A stretch of DNA of 63,789 bases, counting the filler, from Chiloscyllium plagiosum (taxonomy: Eukaryota), in NCBI RefSeq assembly GCF_004010195.1. It is 4 parts of one record of this genome, joined end to end, with 100 filler letters (N's around TTAATTAATTAA, not from the genome) between each part and the next. Parts side by side here need not be neighbours in the genome. Positions count along the whole stretch, not along the records: positions 61,650 to 63,789 come from NC_057712.1; 3 more parts are not named here. One strand, 5' to 3'. Both the position numbers and the translations under genes were made by a program. Shown here piece by piece: positions 61,790-63,789 of the stretch. Each line of letters starts with the position of its first letter. Positions within the stretch are counted from its first letter, which is position 1. Below the pieces are notes generated by a model that had not been told where the DNA came from, made no database searches, and was given only the letters and a program-made list of their open reading frames with translations.

Positions 61790-61965
61790 GGAAAGAGTGT
61801 GTTATTTCTTCGAGGCAAATGACATTCAGGCAGATGAAAAGCAATGAGTAATTCTCCTGACAGCTTGAGGACTCATAGCTTTTTTCAGTTAATGTCTAAT
61901 GTTTACTGAGCCACCAGACACTAAAACCTTTCAAAATTTGATGGAGTTCATCAAGTTGCATTACT
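61790..61965 (+). mobile_element. Gypsy gag fragment, same family as 29500-33849
   Basis: ERVCYFFEANDIQADEKQ*VILLTA...PPDTKTFQNLMEFIKLHY. Confidence 0.8.
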
Positions 61966-63487
61966 GGTGGATTATAGGAAAGAGGTGTTGCAAATGAACT
62001 ATCAGTACGAGGTTATTTGGGAGTAAGGAAAACTCAAGCCAAAATACAAAATATTATTATTGGCCTGGACTTCAAAGAGATGTGGTTGAATTTTGCCAGA
62101 CATGTCATACATGTCAGGTAATATGGAAACCTCAGGCAAGTGATAAATCCAGCACCCTTAATACCCCTTCCCACATTGGAGGAACCTTAAATAAGAGTCT
62201 TAATTGATTGTGTAAGAACCCTACCAAAAGCAATAAGTTGGAATCCGTATTAATTGACCATAATGAATTTATCTATTGGATTTCCAATATCATGGCTAAT
62301 AGGATTGTAGAAGAGTTACTTAAAATTCTTCTAGGAAAGGACTACCCACAGAAATACAATCAGATTAAGGGTCAAATTTTATATCAAAGTTATTCAAGGA
62401 AGTTACGGATAGTTTAGGAATAGAACATTTGAAGTCCACTGCATACAATCTAAAATTGCAGGGAGCATTAGAACCATAGCATCAAACTTTAAAGACCAGA
62501 ATAAGGGCTTACAGTCAAGATTATCCAGAGGATTGGGATAAACAAATTCTATTTGTACTCTTTGCAATGAGGGATACACCTAATGAATCAACCAAAGTCA
62601 GTCCATTTCAATTAGTTGAAAATGTGTTGCTGGAAAAGCACAGCAGGTCAGGCAGCATCCAAGGAACTGGAGAATCGATGTTTCAGGCATAAGCCCTTCT
62701 TCAGGAATGGCTTATGCCCGAAACGTCGATTCTCCTGTTCCTTGGATGCTGCCTGACCTGCTGCGCTTTTCCAGCAACACACTTTCAGCTCTGATCTCCA
62801 GCCCTCACTTTCTCCTCCCATTTCAATTAGCTCCCAGGCATGAGCCAAAAGGACCACTAAAATTAATTAAGGAAAAATTGGTTAGTCAGAAATCAAAGAC
62901 CACAGATTAGGACTATATGTCAAATTTTAGGGAAAGATTAAACAGAGGGGAGAGTTGGCTAGACAGTATTTAAAAATATCACAACATGTGATGAAAGTCT
63001 AAGCCGACAAGAAATCAAAAATTTGAAATTTTGCGAGTGGAGATAAAGTGTTGGTATTATCCCAGTGGAAGGCGAACCTTTAAAGCAAGGTTTAGTGAGC
63101 CTTATCAAATCGAAAGGAAATTGAGTGAGGTGAATTATTTGGTAAGAATGCCAGATAGAAATAAATCTCACAGTGTGTGTCATATGAATATACACAAAAG
63201 ATAAGTGGTTAGGGAAATTAAGCAAAAGGAGAATGTGTTACTGATTGCAACAGTGAAGAACCGAGTTCTGATTATTCTGAATTGGACATTCCACAAATTC
63301 AATTGGACAACAACGAAGATCTCAAATATTCAGATAAAATATTGAGTTACCTTCCAGAGCAAAATGGAAATGACCTGGAATAGTTACTACGATCACGGAG
63401 GGTGGGGGGGAAATGTGGGAATAAGCTGGGAATTTAATTACACATGATGTAGATGACGAAATGTTGTTCCCAATTATGGAACATCAT
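61966..63487 (+). mobile_element. Gmr1-like Gypsy pol remnant (integrase upstream of RT)
   Basis: GYLGVRKTQAKIQ/YYWPGLQRDVVEFCQTCHTCQ (zinc-finger region), RVLIDCV, LFAMRDTPNESTKVSPFQL, then ITHDVD (RT N-terminal motif) near 63435. Confidence 0.75.
62616..62817. mobile_element. Penelope fold-back mini-element inserted in the integrase
   Basis: Inverted pLTR arms; 13-bp TSD ccatttcaattag (62603-62615, 62818-62830). Confidence 0.9.
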
Positions 63488-63552
63488 AAGATCATAAGAC
63501 ATGGGAGCAGAAATTAGCCCATCAGGTCTGCTCCACCATTCAATCATGGCTA

Positions 63553-63789
63553 ATAAGTGGTGCTGGAAGAGCACAGCAGTTCAGGCAGCATCCAAGGAGC
63601 TGCGAAATCAACGTTTCAGGCAAAAGCCCTTTATCAGGAATAAAGGCAGTGAGCCTGAAGTGTGGAGAGATAAGCTAGAGGAGGGTGGGGGTGGGGAGAA
63701 AGTAGCCTAGAGTACAATGGGTGAGTGGGGGATGGGATGAAGGTGATAGGTCAGGGAGGAGAGGGTGGAGTGGATAGGTGGAAAAGGAG
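63553..63789 (-). mobile_element. Penelope pLTR nested in a CR1 3' tail (63481-63552), truncated by the window end
   Basis: Homologous to 51760-52060. Confidence 0.85.

Overview
Repeat-dominated, apparently non-coding vertebrate DNA. The HE1-type SINEs, HER1/CR1 LINEs, Deu-domain SINEs and Penelope families point to a cartilaginous fish (shark). I recognised no intact host protein-coding gene, and most ORFs in the track are transposon fragments or their antisense. The window holds many CR1 copies, Rex1/Babar and L2 fragments, and hammerhead-bearing Penelope-like elements. It also holds an old Gypsy provirus bounded by both LTRs (29500-33849, minus), a Gmr1-like integrase fragment, a probable Harbinger Myb-gene relic, and a TATA/NF-kB promoter with a short first exon on the minus strand (~41.65-41.93 kb). 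The most striking observation is a Tx1-clade (L1 group) non-LTR element that appears to insert site-specifically just behind the TATA box of a Gypsy LTR family. Five copies with the same 5' breakpoint are stacked in one solo LTR (15.3-17.7 kb), some carrying 3'-transduced LTR sequence. An independent copy sits at the homologous site of the provirus 3' LTR (29631-29792), while the sister 5' LTR keeps the empty site. Family assignments come from motif recognition by eye, not database searches, and boundaries of old repeats are approximate.
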